From positions 52,886,001 through 52,950,000 of the forward strand of contig NW_026262690.1 in the NCBI RefSeq assembly GCF_021869535.1: a DNA stretch of 64,000 bases. The letters are read 5' to 3'. Both the position numbers and the translations under genes were made by a program. The number at the start of each line of letters is the position of its first letter. Within the stretch, counting starts at the first letter, position 1. This stretch comes from Mytilus californianus (taxonomy: Eukaryota). Positions 61,201-64,000 of this stretch are shown here, piece by piece. A model generated the notes under the pieces. That model was not told where the DNA came from, searched no databases, and saw nothing but the letters and a program-made list of their open reading frames with translations.

Positions 61201-63005
61201 GTAAGAACTAATTATTTAACTGCACAGGTATACAAGTTTCACGATTTTTTCAACATATTAAAATGCATATGTACTTTCAGTTATTGAATTTTGTCACGTA
61301 CTTAGGACCAATGATTCGATAATATACATTACCGTTCTTTCAGTTATATAATCCCATTTAGTCAAAAAAACTACAGAAGTTTCTTGACCCAAGCAGTACA
61401 TATTACTACATTGGATCGTTAACCAATTTAACGAAACTTAAAACCTTTATAGCCTTTTTCATCCGAAATTATTGTATACTGCATTTACTAAAATCATTTA
61501 CAATTATGTTTTGATATATAATTGCGAGCTACGAGCATTGCAAACTGCACTTCTTATTGTGAAGGACTGTCACAGTGATTCAATAGATTTTCTTCCAAGT
61601 GGTTTTGGAACAGAAATAAATGAATGTCTACATTTTTGGGTATTTTTACGCGCATTCTGTGGTTAGTTTTATGTGCATTCCTTTTAAACAAGAACTACTT
61701 TATATACAATTTTCACTTATCTTTTAAATTCGTTAGCATCTCCTTGTACGTTTGAAGAAAGACTGATCATTTTGAATGAAGCTGTCGGGCAATTAATGAC
61801 TGTAATTGTTATCTCTCTTTGCCCGTTATAATATTTATTTCGTTGATGCTACCGAACACATACTATATGTTCTTCAATATATGTATGTACATGGTGTCCG
61901 TATACACTTGATTAAACTGGGTCTAGTAGCTTACAGTACTAGTTGATGTGAGCTTTTGCATACAATTGAAGGCATCACGGACTAAAAGATAACAAAAATC
62001 ACCAACAGCAATGTCTTGCTTTTGGTTTGTTAAGAGTGTGCAAGGATTTATTCTTACGAATAATTAGGCATTATTTATTCTTCAAAATATAGAAATAAGA
62101 ATAATCTATAATAGACCAGACATTTTCCTGGGAACGAGACAAAAGAGGATCTGTTCATTTCACGCTTTAGAAATGAGAATGTTTCAGACAATATGTCCAG
62201 AAAAACTGCAGAATTTTATATTCATTTCATTATACCATCTGTACGTACCAGCATGTCAATTTTAGCTGAATGGAGAAAAAAAAAGAATATAGTTCTGATG
62301 TTTTATGGAACAATGTGCAAATGCATTATACATAAAGACACAAAATCATCAACATACTCCAGAAACACCACATTCATCTCGGTAATTGATGGCAGGTCTA
62401 CAACGGTGACTTAAAAACAGTCAGAACATAACAATGATCCCATGAGAAGATCTAATTTTGGTTATGTATCAACAATCGCTTCGAAAGTGCATATTCTATA
62501 TCAAAATTAAACGACAACATTTAAAAAAATCCAACTCGTACAAATATTAAATATAAACACAGGAATAGAAATATTAAACAAAATTGTGTGGCATTTTGGC
62601 AACCTAAATGGTAAAAATAAAATAATTTATAACAAATGCGTCATCTATGAATTACAAATGTGCAACCCATCTATTATATATTGTCATCAATTTGAATGTT
62701 CTGTTCCTGATTGTAAATTATAGATCATTAAAACACTTCAGCAGTTAACAAAAAGAGGTGGAAGATAGAAGAAAGGTCAACCAAAACTAATAAGTCGAAG
62801 ATATCGGCACAAAAAAACAAGGAGCTTTTAACACTTTCAAAATCTCAGAACGATAATGGGAAATTTAAATCATCTTTTTTATTCTTTCAATGATAGCAGC
62901 ACTAAGTAATACCATATGTGAAAATTTTTTATGTTTTAGTTGGATATGGGCTTTACCGATATACGTTTAATTGCTTTGATATCAATTATAATAATGTATT
63001 TACAG

Positions 63006-63149
63006 AATTTAAAGAAGCATTTAAGAACTTCGATAAAAATGGGGATGGGAAAATATCTTGTAAAGAACTAAGGACGTTTCTGAAATCTGTAGGACAAGAT
63101 TCATCTGATGCTGAAGTACAAAGAATAATGATCAGGGTAGATCACGATA
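63006..63149 (+). CDS. Calmodulin-like gene, 144-nt EF-hand exon
   Basis: tttacag|AATTTAAAGAAGC..GATCACGATA|gtatgt encodes EFKEAFKNFDKNGDGKISCKELRTFLKSVGQDSSDAEVQRIMIRVDHD, with a canonical EF loop DKNGDGKISCKE. Exon size and phases match calmodulin. Confidence 0.9.
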
Positions 63150-64000
63150 GTATGTATAAATTGTTAGAAAAATGAACACAAAACATTTTTTAACGTGTAA
63201 AAGATCTTTTCAGAGTACCTACAGCGTATCAAAGTATGCTCATTTAGTGCGAGGAAAAAGCTACATATGTTTAAAACAGAAAGAGCAAGTATTTTATGAA
63301 CATAACAATATACATGTAATATAAAAAATCTTACTCTGAAGTAGATGAAAACTCAAGTACATTTTTAAAATGACAGATATAATAATACTAAGATTTCAAT
63401 TTCAATGTATTTTGCAGGTAATGTTACCAAAACATAAGATAATTTGATTCTAGGCGAACAGATTTGTGTAATAAAATAATTATCCACTTATTTATTTTTG
63501 GGGGAGGGAGTAACGTTTAGTGACCTTTTGTATCGGCCATTTTGAACCGTACATTATAACTGTAGGTGATTATAGAAACCGAAAATCACTTTGTACAGTT
63601 GTATGCTGTTACAGTTTCATAGTCAGCTTTTGAAATAAAATTCATATAATATTTGAGGAAAAAAACATTATTACGATAAAAAAAAAAGAGGACAATAAAA
63701 TAAGTTTAACAATGTAAGACAGCACTATGGTCTAAAGACTACAGGCAACATCCAACAAAAACTCAACATAGAGTATAAAAGACTGAGCAATTGGAATCAG
63801 ACCAACTATCGAGGGTTAGCTCGTATACTCTGGTTGCTACACTCTTGCCATTGGTCGTGCTACTAGATAAATTCGATTATTTCATAAATGCTATAAAAAA
63901 AAGGCACCTCCGAAGAATGAACAAAAGGGAAAGTTTTGACGAATATACATAGTTATAAGTCAGTAATATATAAGGATAGAAAACAAACTACGACTTATGA

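Overview
AT-rich animal genomic DNA with spliced genes and dense repeats; the repeat families and gene types point to a mytilid bivalve (inference). No prokaryotic features, tRNA/rRNA genes or CRISPR arrays were seen. Host genes: a two-exon secreted C1q-domain gene (minus, 8177-12331), a two-exon secreted PAN/apple-domain gene (minus, 50379-51513) and the first three coding exons of a calmodulin-like EF-hand gene (plus, from 58026, running off the window). Most of the rest is nested mobile DNA, including a ~12 kb tandem duplication (15897-31489 / 31490-43383). The main signal is a near full-length Penelope-like retroelement with an N-terminal GIY-YIG endonuclease (Naiad-type, minus, 22293-25857). 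The ORF track splits it, but read through it is one ~975-codon frame. Four of its five in-frame stops are TGA at cysteine-equivalent positions (three in the endonuclease Zn-binding region, one after the RT DKAANN motif), and a canonical-looking type II SECIS lies ~50 nt after the stop codon, so the family appears to encode a selenoprotein. A second, divergent Naiad-like relic (13818-16050) keeps TGA at two of the same positions. The window also holds hammerhead-ribozyme retrozyme sequences, a short repeat family sharing 3' motifs with the Naiad element, a Helentron-type element splitting a DIRS/Ngaro gag, a short Helitron, Harbinger-type MITEs, a decayed LINE and a PIN-nuclease/CXC transposon-like relic.
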